The translations under genes and the position numbers were made by a program. From the IMG/VR virus record IMGVR_UViG_3300013093_000001, positions 49,906 through 113,905 of that record: a stretch of 64,000 nt of DNA; one strand, given 5' to 3'. Position 1 is the stretch's first letter. Each line of letters starts with the position of its first letter. The DNA comes from a virus. Below are positions 1-9,230 of the stretch, piece after piece. The notes below the pieces were generated by a model. It made no database searches and was not told where the DNA came from. It saw only the letters and a program-made list of their open reading frames with translations.

Positions 1-58
1 TTCCTACCAGCTATCATCGACTGGATCACTAGTCGCATTAAAGAAAGAGGAACAAGTA

Positions 59-259
59 ATGTCTGACAATTTTTCCCTCGGCGCAGTAGACCCGGCTACG
101 ATTGCCAAGCAGCTGGATGAGGCAATCGTTGGACTCAACGCCGTGATCGGCGTACTGGAAACACTGCCGATCATCCCCGAATCGTTGCAGAAAAACTTGG
201 TGGAAGCCCAGCATGTCCTGGCTGTCATCAAGCAAATTCTGGACAAAGTTGCATCGTGA
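59..259 (+). CDS. small helical hypothetical protein, lysis region
   Basis: GAGGA SD before ATG; overlaps start of holin. Confidence 0.7.
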   Translation: MSDNFSLGAVDPATIAKQLDEAIVGLNAVIGVLETLPIIPESLQKNLVEAQHVLAVIKQILDKVAS

Positions 260-579
260 CCACACCGGTCATCCCACATAGCCTCTCGTCACTGGCCTTC
301 TGGCTAGACACGACAGAACGGGCACTCCGTAGCTTCGCGCAGGGTACCCTAGCGGCTCTCGGCGTGGGCAGTACCAGCCATGTTGCGCCGGGGGTGTCAG
401 TACCCTGGGATGCCGCGCTGGCATTCGGTGGCATCTTAGCCATCATGTCCGTCCTGACTTCTATTGCCAGCATTGCTGTACCCGGTAGCGACCCGCAAAA
501 TGGTTCTTTCTTCCCGCCTTACCCGGTACCGGAGGTTAAGATGGCAATGTGGTGGCGGCGACTTATCAGGAGGAAGTGA
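256..579 (+). CDS. holin, r1t-like actinophage family
   Basis: FWLDTTERALRSFAQG motif plus two hydrophobic helices and basic C-terminus. Confidence 0.8.
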   Translation: MTTPVIPHSLSSLAFWLDTTERALRSFAQGTLAALGVGSTSHVAPGVSVPWDAALAFGGILAIMSVLTSIASIAVPGSDPQNGSFFPPYPVPEVKMAMWWRRLIRRK

Positions 580-580
580 T

Positions 581-964
581 TTGCTCTGGCATCAAAAGCT
601 GTTAGCCAGATTCACTGCTTGGTTCGGTTCTGGTGGCGGCGTCATCCAAACCTTCATAGCAACCGTCGTCGTTGTGGCCTTGGAATTTCTATTCCCACAG
701 CTTGACAAGCATGGCATCTGGTTGCTGTACTGGCTTACAATCTATTCTGCCGTGACGCAGCCAGCCTTGGCGCACGCTGGCGCGGAGAGTAACAAACTCC
801 TACACAAAGTACTTCTCAACCAAGGCGAAATGCTCGCCAATCAGAGCAAGATTTTAGACCGCATAGAACACATGCTGCATGAGGACACGGTGCTGGACCG
901 CCGAACTCACGACCTCGTCCAAGCCATACACGCTTCCGTCGACACCAGTAAGAAAAGACGTTAG
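581..964 (+). CDS. membrane protein (DUF1003-like) with C-terminal coiled coil
   Basis: AGGAGG SD then in-frame TTG at 581; two TM segments. Confidence 0.6.
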   Translation: MLWHQKLLARFTAWFGSGGGVIQTFIATVVVVALEFLFPQLDKHGIWLLYWLTIYSAVTQPALAHAGAESNKLLHKVLLNQGEMLANQSKILDRIEHMLHEDTVLDRRTHDLVQAIHASVDTSKKRR

Positions 965-1020
965 TAGCTTCCACTAGCGTACTTGCCAGTACACGGCTAA
1001 AGGCGTGAGAACATAGAGTT

Positions 1021-1644
1021 GTGTACGCCGCAGATTTGCCGACACCCGTAGTCACAGGCGATCTTGCAGTATTGATTGCCGTGCTAGGCCATAGTTGGCT
1101 GACATGGATTCTATTCGTCGTCGTCCTGTGGCTCCTGATCACACGGCTGGCAGAGACTTATGAAGGCGCTGCTAAACTCCTCGGACCATTCGGTAAGCGC
1201 GTCATGCGCGGCTACCAGCAACGCCACAGCGAAAGATACATGCACGATGTTGCGGAGCAAGCAAAGGTTATTGCGGCAAAGCTGGAGGCAGACGGCATAC
1301 CGGCAGACTATGAACTGGTCAAGACCCAGTTGGACAACGTCATCACCAGGGTCACCGACTTAGAAGTAGAGAATGCAGCACTTCGATCCTTCGTCGTCTA
1401 CGACGAGCAATGGCACTTCGCCGTTCTCCTTCAAGCGGCGCAGAACGGGTCGGCCCCGAATTTCCCCATCAGGCTGACTTGGTTAGAGTTCCGAGAGAAA
1501 TGGCGGCAGGGTTGGCGGCCTCCAGCTGGTCCACCGACTGAGCTAAAGACCTACGTCGCAGACGTAGGGAAGGCGGCTCGCCGCGCTGCCCGTCAAGCGC
1601 AGGTTCACGAGGAAGATTTACCAGGTGAATACGCTAGCGACTAA
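1021..1644 (+). CDS. membrane-anchored coiled-coil protein (lysis-cassette associated)
   Basis: N-terminal TM helix, heptad region. Confidence 0.7.
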   Translation: MYAADLPTPVVTGDLAVLIAVLGHSWLTWILFVVVLWLLITRLAETYEGAAKLLGPFGKRVMRGYQQRHSERYMHDVAEQAKVIAAKLEADGIPADYELVKTQLDNVITRVTDLEVENAALRSFVVYDEQWHFAVLLQAAQNGSAPNFPIRLTWLEFREKWRQGWRPPAGPPTELKTYVADVGKAARRAARQAQVHEEDLPGEYASD

Positions 1645-1936
1645 AAATCACCGCGACGAGGTTCTGCTCAACACCTTTGCTGTCGTTTTGATAGAAGCGT
1701 CAACGGGTCGCATCATTTACGCCAATGATCAGATGTCCAATATGACCGGGCTGAAATTAGATGACCTGATGGGCTGCTACATAGCAGACATACTCGCAAA
1801 AGACAGCGTCTTTGAAAACGGACAAGTTCACATCAAACACAGGGACGGTACTACCCTCCCTGCGTGGGTCGCGCTAGACCGCAATATGAAATATGCACCT
1901 AAATACATCGCCGCCGCGCTGCTGCCCGCAATTTGA
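1625..1936 (+). CDS. stand-alone PAS-domain protein
   Basis: AVVLIEASTGRIIYANDQMSNMTG..DLMG and HRDGTTLP are PAS signature segments. Confidence 0.75.
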   Translation: MNTLATKNHRDEVLLNTFAVVLIEASTGRIIYANDQMSNMTGLKLDDLMGCYIADILAKDSVFENGQVHIKHRDGTTLPAWVALDRNMKYAPKYIAAALLPAI

Positions 1937-1942
1937 AAATCT

Positions 1943-2953
1943 ATGTTCGAACCACCGGAAATAATTTCTGAGCAACTCTACGCTGGACCGGGTGCTGCTC
2001 CGATGTTGACGGCGGCGGCAGGCTGGCAGGGCACTGCGAACAACCTAGCTGGTACAGGTCAAGACTTCGCTCGTATTATCTCCCAAATCCCCTGGTCGGG
2101 ACCAAGTTCAGAATCGATGCGCGCAACGGCAGCGTCTTACGCGACGTGGCTATTCGCGACAGCGGAACAAGCCGCGCAGACCGCTGCCTTGGCGCACGCC
2201 GCCGCAACGGCCTATGAATTAGCACGCGCGACCGCCATACCACCGGAAGCTGTGACATGTAACAGAATGCAACTGGCAATACTGACGGCAACCAACATCC
2301 TCGGCATGAACTCCGTTGCTATCGCAGCCACAGAATCCCAGTACGCAGAGATGTGGACACAAGATATAGCCGCTATGACAGCCTACAGCGCAACATCTGC
2401 TGAGCTAACGAGCGCATTACCGAATTGGACTACGCCCCCCGCCGCAACGGCTCCACCATCAGCACCTGCTATTTGGACTTATTTACTCGGAGGTCAAACA
2501 ATCCCACAGCTGTTTTGGACTACTTTCCAAGCCAATCTGAGCAGCGGACCATTTTCTTTACCGCTGCAACTCCTCAGCCTGTTTACAGTGCTATGGGCCA
2601 CCGGCAGTCCCGACAGCCCTATCAATCAAATACTGGGGCTGGCCCAGAATCCGGTCATTGCGCCGCCAACATACCTAGCAGAGCCGTTGGCGACAGCGCC
2701 AACACCTCAAATACGCGCCAACATGGGCAGCGGCAATACTCTGGGACCGCTGCGGGTGCCTCCGACATGGGCACAACCGCCTAAGCAACTAGTTCCCCGA
2801 CCCATTACCGTCAACACAGTGGGATCGGAACTAGAACCCTACCCGTTGGGACTGCCGATACTGACAGGTAGCGGCGGTACGACCACGCGGAAACCGTTAC
2901 CCGAATACGGCAAGAGCTCGACCGTGATGGTCAAACACCCATATGGCGGCTAG
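1943..2953 (+). CDS. PPE family protein (PPE-SVP-like C-terminus)
   Basis: FEPPEIIS..LYAGPG..MLTAAAGW, WSGPSS, IPPEAVTCNR, YAEMWTQD, LRVPPTW. Confidence 0.9.
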   Translation: MFEPPEIISEQLYAGPGAAPMLTAAAGWQGTANNLAGTGQDFARIISQIPWSGPSSESMRATAASYATWLFATAEQAAQTAALAHAAATAYELARATAIPPEAVTCNRMQLAILTATNILGMNSVAIAATESQYAEMWTQDIAAMTAYSATSAELTSALPNWTTPPAATAPPSAPAIWTYLLGGQTIPQLFWTTFQANLSSGPFSLPLQLLSLFTVLWATGSPDSPINQILGLAQNPVIAPPTYLAEPLATAPTPQIRANMGSGNTLGPLRVPPTWAQPPKQLVPRPITVNTVGSELEPYPLGLPILTGSGGTTTRKPLPEYGKSSTVMVKHPYGG

Positions 2954-3396
2954 GACTGTCGAATTGTTGGAGTAGAACTCAAATCACGCCGACAGTCGAG
3001 GAAGTTTCGCAAAGCTATGTGCATAACTTCTGACAGCTGCCACCCCTCGCTGGACTCACAGAAAGCCTGAACTATATTTTCTTCGCTGTTCGCCCAACCA
3101 TCCTCATGGTCATTGTAAATGCCAACACACCAGCCCATCGGTTTACCAAACCATTCCAAACCTAACCGCGACCGCAGTGAGTGGCAATCTGGGTCCGTGG
3201 CAACTATCCAATGGCCGCTCTCTAAGCGGCCCTCTAAGGCATAGCAACCACCACCTGTATGCACTTCATGCAATAAAATACCCAGGTCAAGCCTTACTTT
3301 CCACAGGATGATCGCGGCATGGGCACCTGACGATTTTCCAATCTCATGCTCATAGTCTGAGAACGGCGGGTCGGTTGGTTTCATAAAAATACCCAT
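2950..3396 (-). CDS. hypothetical protein
   Basis: last ORF of leftward array; HTGGGC motif. Confidence 0.7.
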   Translation of the reverse strand: MGIFMKPTDPPFSDYEHEIGKSSGAHAAIILWKVRLDLGILLHEVHTGGGCYALEGRLESGHWIVATDPDCHSLRSRLGLEWFGKPMGWCVGIYNDHEDGWANSEENIVQAFCESSEGWQLSEVMHIALRNFLDCRRDLSSTPTIRQS

Positions 3397-3812
3397 TACA
3401 CGTCCCGTCTGAAGCTGTAGGCATCATAGGGCTTTCGGCCACACCACACGTCCGTCAGAGCTTGTGTGACGTTAAGGCCAGTTGCTTCGTCAATGGCCTG
3501 CCACTCAACGATGCAACGCGGTTCTCCATCAAGACCCAGCAGAACAGACTCCACCGGTTCCATAAGTGTCATGCGGAGTCGGTTATACCACCACGACTTT
3601 TGCATCGTCAGGCGCATGAACCGCAAACCGTCATCAACACTGGCAAAAACGATGTTCCCGTTCGGCGTCATGTCAGGACTACCAGGGTAGTGTGCACCAC
3701 CTTGACAGGAGAACTGCGTTGCAATGCCAGACCGCCACACGGCGTCCAGCAGATCAACCATGCCTTCGTCAACATGGCCGTTGCTCGTCAATACTTGCTT
3801 ATGAATACTCAC
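3396..3812 (-). CDS. hypothetical protein
   Basis: GTG start just after SD of repeat element at 3815-3880; GIATQFSCQG motif. Confidence 0.7.
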   Translation of the reverse strand: MSIHKQVLTSNGHVDEGMVDLLDAVWRSGIATQFSCQGGAHYPGSPDMTPNGNIVFASVDDGLRFMRLTMQKSWWYNRLRMTLMEPVESVLLGLDGEPRCIVEWQAIDEATGLNVTQALTDVWCGRKPYDAYSFRRDV

Positions 3813-3886
3813 TATCCTCCTTATCTGGGTCGGCCTCTGCCGACCGCGCACCCAGGCCAGGTAATGAACCTGACCTGGGCCTTCTT

Positions 3887-4363
3887 TCAGTTGTGGTAGT
3901 CGACGTGCACCAGCCACGTTGACGGGTCGAGCGAAGCCAGGAATTTCAAAAACTGCTCTTCAAATTCCGGTCCGCGTTCCCAGTCACCAATCACGGTTGA
4001 CCCGCTACCCTCTGGGCCAAGCCACTTCGTGTGCCACACGCAATCAAGGTCCAGGTAACTGTAGACGTAGTCTATCGACTCTGCTACAAGGTCACCGACG
4101 CGTGCACAGTCGGTAGCGCCAGCTTCCGCGACTTCATCGGGGAAACCGAAACTGCTGGGCTCAGACGGCAGACCGCTAACACAGTCGGGTTTCAACCGCC
4201 ACTCACCACCCCACCTGCCGCCAACAACCCACCAGTCCCATTCAGGATCACCTTCTGGGTCACATGAATCGTAGCCATACCGGGACATGCGTAGTTCCAA
4301 CTCGGACCGCAAGTTATCCGGCTCAACATCTCCCGGTATGGCGACAACATGGCTATAGTGCAT
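3887..4363 (-). CDS. hypothetical protein
   Basis: WDWWVVGGRW and C-terminal VDYHN motifs of a common phage family. Confidence 0.75.
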   Translation of the reverse strand: MHYSHVVAIPGDVEPDNLRSELELRMSRYGYDSCDPEGDPEWDWWVVGGRWGGEWRLKPDCVSGLPSEPSSFGFPDEVAEAGATDCARVGDLVAESIDYVYSYLDLDCVWHTKWLGPEGSGSTVIGDWERGPEFEEQFLKFLASLDPSTWLVHVDYHN

Positions 4364-4763
4364 TAGCCGCCACCTCATCTGTCACCGTGGACGCTGGGTA
4401 TTTCGGCGCGAGTTGGTCCCGCAGGAACACCCAAATCCGGTCAGGCAGGCTGGTGGTTTCTCCCTGATCGTCGTGCGACGTCAGGGCAACAGGACCGCAA
4501 ATCACGTCCTGGTTACGCATCTCAGGGCATAAACCCCACCACAACGCTGTCGCTGGCTCATTAACCGGCAAGCCTTGCAGTTTGCCTTCTTCGTTACACC
4601 ACATGTCCAGTTCGTCTGTCACCCGAACCAGTTCAATGTAGCCACCGACAACACCCTGTAGGAATCCCAAACTGGTGGCTTCGTCACCTGACGACACCCG
4701 CCGAAATTCGTACAGACCACCAGAGTCCTGGTCGATAATGGCCGCTTTGTAACCTGTATTCAT
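4353..4763 (-). CDS. DUF3846-like protein
   Basis: LQGVVGGYIE, MWCNEEGKLQGLPVN, DVICGP. Confidence 0.8.
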   Translation of the reverse strand: MNTGYKAAIIDQDSGGLYEFRRVSSGDEATSLGFLQGVVGGYIELVRVTDELDMWCNEEGKLQGLPVNEPATALWWGLCPEMRNQDVICGPVALTSHDDQGETTSLPDRIWVFLRDQLAPKYPASTVTDEVAANAL

Positions 4764-4838
4764 CTTTCCTCCTGTCGGGTCTGACCTCGTGTCAGACCTC
4801 GTGTCGCGGCAAGGTAGTGAGCCTTGCCGGGACGAACT

Positions 4839-4994
4839 TTACGCTGGCGTGTCTGGGCCAAACATAGAGCGCAAGTAATTGAGCTCTTCTTTTTTGAGCT
4901 CACTGACATAGCGCAACTCGCCGCAGTGTTCGCAACTATGCGGGTGGTCATTGCCACCGTCGCATGAGCCACACACCCAATCGTCATACGTCAA
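4839..4994 (-). CDS. small Cys-rich (CxxC..CxxC) protein
   Basis: manual translation from TTG: TYDDWVCGSC..HSCEHC; below ORF-track cutoff. Confidence 0.5.
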   Translation of the reverse strand: MTYDDWVCGSCDGGNDHPHSCEHCGELRYVSELKKEELNYLRSMFGPDTPA

Positions 4995-5051
4995 TCTACT
5001 GCTACCTGCCTCTCTTGGTCACATTGAACTTGCCAGCCTTCAAGCGGTCTA

Positions 5052-5219
5052 CTAATTCTCCCAATGCCGCCTCAAAACCGTCCGCGAAGGCGCTCGCTTC
5101 GTTTTGGTCCAGGTTTTTTCGTCTTTGCACAGCCACATGGGAGAGTGTTCCAGTTGGTCACGGACCCCGGCGACTGCTTCTTGACACCACTCCTCAACCG
5201 CGTGCTCGTCAAACTCCAT
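5052..5219 (-). CDS. small hypothetical protein, possibly frameshifted
   Basis: ATG follows repeat at 5225-5294. Confidence 0.45.
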   Translation of the reverse strand: MEFDEHAVEEWCQEAVAGVRDQLEHSPMWLCKDEKTWTKTKRAPSRTVLRRHWEN

Positions 5220-5336
5220 TGTTGCCTTCCTATAAATTGGTCCTGGCCTGTGCCAATACTCGCGTCCCGGTAAGGTAATAAGCCTTACCGGGACTGTACT
5301 AATAATTAGTACGCTTCACCACACCGGCAACCACAG

Positions 5337-5549
5337 TTACGACGTTATCGGTTCTCCGCGTTGTTCGCCGCGTGCATTGTCCCAGGTATACATCATGACA
5401 TCGAGTGCATTAATGAACCTGACGTACATCTCCGATCCTGTCGGAAGGTAGCGCGGTATAGTTGCGCGTTGATCCCGACCGGTTACGGTTTCCGTCAAAT
5501 GCACGTCCACTTGTATGCCGTCGTAGTCAATGCTGACCCTGATCGTCAC
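5337..5549 (-). CDS. hypothetical protein
   Basis: 4-bp overlap with upstream ORF. Confidence 0.6.
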   Translation of the reverse strand: MTIRVSIDYDGIQVDVHLTETVTGRDQRATIPRYLPTGSEMYVRFINALDVMMYTWDNARGEQRGEPITS

Positions 5550-5728
5550 GACCTAGACTCCCGCTGCATTATACGAATTTCGTCACGGATAACTGGGTGC
5601 CAAAAACTGTTAATTTCCGTTCCTGGTGTCCAATTTTGACGTGCCCACGACCGAAATTCTGCTTCTTCCTCCGGGGTCAAGTCACGGAAAATGCTCTCAA
5701 ACTGACCCGACTTGCTGTTGCGGATCAT
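5546..5728 (-). CDS. hypothetical protein
   Basis: coupled ORF, FRSWARQNW. Confidence 0.65.
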   Translation of the reverse strand: MIRNSKSGQFESIFRDLTPEEEAEFRSWARQNWTPGTEINSFWHPVIRDEIRIMQRESRS

Positions 5729-5892
5729 TAAATTCCCCTCCGCATAGTCAAAACATGCGCTGCATGAGCTAAATTAATCCAAGCGTCAGCAAGTTGTATC
5801 TGACAATTGACTGTCAGTCTCTGACCTAGCGGACCATTCTCCACCGCAGTGAGTATTTTTTCTGCTTTCCGCAGGTACTCAACGGTTTCCAT
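5728..5892 (-). CDS. hypothetical protein
   Basis: ATG after repeat SD. Confidence 0.65.
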   Translation of the reverse strand: METVEYLRKAEKILTAVENGPLGQRLTVNCQIQLADAWINLAHAAHVLTMRRGI

Positions 5893-5965
5893 TCCTCCTC
5901 CAATCACCTTGGCCGGTTGCCAAGGACAGCGCCTGGGCGGGGCACTGAACCCCACCCAGGCTTCC

Positions 5966-6244
5966 TCAATCTTTGTAAATCTTGGACCCCAATGCTTCTT
6001 CGGTCGCAATGACCAAATTCTGCATTGTAGTCAACTCCTGCTCCGTGGTTTCCGCCGCCATTGGCATCATCTCAACCCGGTACTCGACAATTTCGTCAAA
6101 ACCAGCTTCTAGGTGGTCGTCAACGATTTTGGCAGCAGTAGCCGCTGTCATGCCGGGGTTATTCTCTCGCAGTTGCTGGATAAGTTCGCTGCGACTGCCT
6201 CGGTAAACTCGGCTCTGGCCTTCCGGCCTCTTGCCGTCAGTCAT
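5966..6244 (-). CDS. hypothetical protein
   Basis: ATG overlapping upstream stop. Confidence 0.65.
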   Translation of the reverse strand: MTDGKRPEGQSRVYRGSRSELIQQLRENNPGMTAATAAKIVDDHLEAGFDEIVEYRVEMMPMAAETTEQELTTMQNLVIATEEALGSKIYKD

Positions 6245-6707
6245 TTTGGCCGTCAACGTCGATATACAGCGTCCTGCTTGCACCCGGTCCTGTTTCAACG
6301 GTAATAGAAGCGTGGTCACCGTCAAAAACGATTTCAGCACTCCTGACTGCTTCCAACGACCGCTGCTTCACCGCCGCATACTTTGCGTCATGCGCCGCAA
6401 GACTCGCCGCCAAAGGACTTCTGTCTGTCAGGAATCCTGGGACTCGTTCTGACTGCAACCACTTGACCAAACCACTGACAAATTCTCGTGGTAAGGAAAC
6501 CGTTGCTTCTGGCGCCTGCTCTACCATTGTGCCAAGCAGCGCATGGGGCCGGTTATTGACGACGGCAAGCATGACATCCAATGCCGGGTTAAGCTGCTCC
6601 AGCGGTAACTCCACGTCCCAGTCCAGACGGTCGAATGCCTGATCGGCTAGTTCGACAGCCCTATTTCGCACGGACTGCAACACGTCAGCAGTATTAGTAT
6701 CTGCCAT
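6237..6707 (-). CDS. hypothetical protein
   Basis: ATG after repeat SD. Confidence 0.75.
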   Translation of the reverse strand: MADTNTADVLQSVRNRAVELADQAFDRLDWDVELPLEQLNPALDVMLAVVNNRPHALLGTMVEQAPEATVSLPREFVSGLVKWLQSERVPGFLTDRSPLAASLAAHDAKYAAVKQRSLEAVRSAEIVFDGDHASITVETGPGASRTLYIDVDGQND

Positions 6708-6793
6708 GTTTAACTTCTCCTCTAATCTAGTGCAGGTCGGCTCTTTGCCGACCTCGTACCGGGTGCCGGTACGACCCGACACCCGGCCTCTTT

Positions 6794-7351
6794 TTACGCT
6801 ACAGCCTCAACGCGGTGGGTGTAAAAACACCCATTCTTCCCGCAGTCCACTTCCTGCTGCACAAGCGACCACATTGCGTCCCACACGCCGAATAGCAAAT
6901 CATAATCGGACGGACGACGACCCAAACCGAAATCGTCTTCCGGCTTCATAAACATTGCTATGATCTCGCGTAGCGCCGCTGTCACAATGTCCTTCGCTGC
7001 GTCACACCAAACGAAATTCACGTCTGCCGGGTCGAAGCCCCGGTACCACGACCTCGGTCCCGGCGCTGGCTCTAAACCAGCGTTGGACCGCTCAATTTGA
7101 GCGGCCCTGTACGCCTTCGTGTCGTGGCAGTCGCAGTAATTCCTGTCAGACGCGACAATCTCATCACTGGCAAGTAACTGCCAAATACTGAGATGGACAC
7201 CGGCAAGCAACTCGCTGTCACTGGTCCTGCTGTGCAGGTCCGTGGCATACAAGTCCACGACCTCACGCAAAGCATCCTTCAGGATATCCGTGGCATCTTC
7301 ACACCACAGATAGTCGTCTGACTTTTTGTCGTCTTGGTACTCCCAAGCCAT
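6794..7351 (-). CDS. hypothetical protein with internal duplication
   Basis: WCxDAxDIxxxALRE..SDxxLLxGV occurs twice. Confidence 0.75.
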   Translation of the reverse strand: MAWEYQDDKKSDDYLWCEDATDILKDALREVVDLYATDLHSRTSDSELLAGVHLSIWQLLASDEIVASDRNYCDCHDTKAYRAAQIERSNAGLEPAPGPRSWYRGFDPADVNFVWCDAAKDIVTAALREIIAMFMKPEDDFGLGRRPSDYDLLFGVWDAMWSLVQQEVDCGKNGCFYTHRVEAVA

Positions 7352-7433
7352 ACTTTTCTCCTCCACTATGGGAACCGGCCTTTGCCAGTCCCTCGTACCC
7401 CGGCCGGATTTGACACCGACCGGGGCTGACCTA

Positions 7434-7898
7434 CTACCTACCCTGCGGGAACTCTTCCTGAATCAAAGCGGTGATAAACGCTTTGTGGTCAGCCAGGGCT
7501 TTATTCAGCGCAACGATCACGCCATACACCGCTTGTCGCTCTCGCCAGTCCTGCATCTGCTCCTCGTAGTATTGTCCAGCGGTGACCGTGGAAGCAGGCA
7601 AACGGAACTGTTTGTCCTCACTAAGCGAGTTTAGTATCGCGTTAGGGTCGTCCGGCTTCTGGGGTTGCGGTTCGTTGCCAACAACAGGAGAAAAACCCCA
7701 GTATTGTGCTTCCAGATGATCGATCAGACCTGTCAGAAATTGCTGCGTTATCGGGAAGCCGTCTTCTCCTGCTGGCTGATCATCCGTCAACACAACGTCG
7801 GCAGCCTGCTTCAGCGCTAGCTTCAACGTGCTGCCAGGTACTTCCAAGACGTAATGATCACACGCCTCGTCAATCCGACGCTGCAATTCTGTTGTCAT
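7434..7898 (-). CDS. hypothetical protein
   Basis: ATG after repeat SD. Confidence 0.75.
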   Translation of the reverse strand: MTTELQRRIDEACDHYVLEVPGSTLKLALKQAADVVLTDDQPAGEDGFPITQQFLTGLIDHLEAQYWGFSPVVGNEPQPQKPDDPNAILNSLSEDKQFRLPASTVTAGQYYEEQMQDWRERQAVYGVIVALNKALADHKAFITALIQEEFPQGR

Positions 7899-7973
7899 CT
7901 TTCCTCCAATCTGACCCGACCCTTTGCCGGGTTCGTACCCCGGTCAGGCTCGACCCTGACCGGGGCTGGGCAG

Positions 7974-8831
7974 CTAGCTGACCTTCCTGGTCGGCGCTGC
8001 TCGCTTAGCTGGCGCTTTCTTAGGCGCAGCCTTCTTAGCTGGTGTCTTACCAGCCGGATGCCGCTTGACGGACGCTTCCAGCTGCGCCATCAAGTCGGAC
8101 ACGTCGTCGTCGCGCTGGTCCAGATCAACGACGCTGGTCAACACGCCACCCTTAGCTTTCGTGTCAATCAACGCCGCGACCTGCGCGGTGTAGGTGTCAA
8201 CGAAGTTGGCGGGACTAAAGTCCTCAATCATGCTGTCAACGACTGCGTGCGCCATTTCCAGCATTTTGGGTGACTCAATGGTCCCGTTTAAATGCTGCAA
8301 ACCATTAGCGTCACGGATTTCGTCCAGCCAAATCAGGGTGTGCATGACCAACACGTTGCCAAGGACGCGGATGACAGCCATTTGCTGTCGTGTTCGCAAC
8401 ACAAACTTTGCGACCGCAACAACATCTGACTCCACCATGACCCGACGCAACAGCGCGTAACCTTGAGAGCTGTTGTCTGTGGGTTCCAAAAAGTAACTGG
8501 ACTCCCACATAATCGGGTCAATCTCGTCACTGTGACAAAACTGGACCACCTCAATGGCCGACAACTTATTGGCTTCCTGCAACTGCGCCAGGTCGTCATC
8601 GGTAATAACGACAATCTTGTCGTCATCAACCAGCTTGCCTTTAATGACTTCGTCAGACCGTGGGTTGACGCCACACTTCTTACACACGCGGGGCTGACCA
8701 ATCGCACCCTCGCAACCTGCATGGAACAGGTTAAACGAGATGTCATGGCTGTCCGTTGCCTTGTAGAGTTTGACACCCACATTCACTAAACCGAAGTTCA
8801 GTGACGTGTTTTTCACTGATCTCATACCCAT
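7974..8831 (-). CDS. ku: Ku DNA end-binding protein (NHEJ)
   Basis: SLNFGLVNVGVKLYKAT, EIDPI..SSYFLEP..GYALLR, DLMAQLEASV, basic PAKK tail. Confidence 0.95.
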   Translation of the reverse strand: MGMRSVKNTSLNFGLVNVGVKLYKATDSHDISFNLFHAGCEGAIGQPRVCKKCGVNPRSDEVIKGKLVDDDKIVVITDDDLAQLQEANKLSAIEVVQFCHSDEIDPIMWESSYFLEPTDNSSQGYALLRRVMVESDVVAVAKFVLRTRQQMAVIRVLGNVLVMHTLIWLDEIRDANGLQHLNGTIESPKMLEMAHAVVDSMIEDFSPANFVDTYTAQVAALIDTKAKGGVLTSVVDLDQRDDDVSDLMAQLEASVKRHPAGKTPAKKAAPKKAPAKRAAPTRKVS

Positions 8832-8992
8832 GTTTTCCTCCTCCACGGCGACCCTTTGCCACCGCTTATTTATTTTAGCCAGACAACTGGCTACTCACCA
8901 CCCGGTGGTGGCGAAATCTATGACCCCTCCAGGTAAAATCTCCTCAATACAGGGGAGGTGTAACGACCCGTCAGGTTCGCTACACCCCCTCC

Positions 8993-9196
8993 CTACTCAG
9001 GGTGGTAAATGCCGTGCATTTCGTCTAGGCATTTGTCGCAGTGCTTGACGTAAGACGGCTTTCCGTCAACTAGCCAAAACTCTGTACCATAAATCTGGTT
9101 TGGCAATATCTGCCTCACGCATGTACTACAGGCATGGCTCTTCCTTGCTCGGCGGTACCGGGTCTCACCTAGCTGTAATTCATCAATCCAGTCAAC
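8993..9196 (-). CDS. Zn-finger protein (start uncertain)
   Basis: RARKSHACSTC..HCDKC. Confidence 0.55.
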   Translation of the reverse strand, partial: VDWIDELQLGETRYRRARKSHACSTCVRQILPNQIYGTEFWLVDGKPSYVKHCDKCLDEMHGIYHPE

Positions 9197-9230
9197 TTCT
9201 TCTGGATCATCCCTGTAGCCAGCGTAGATG

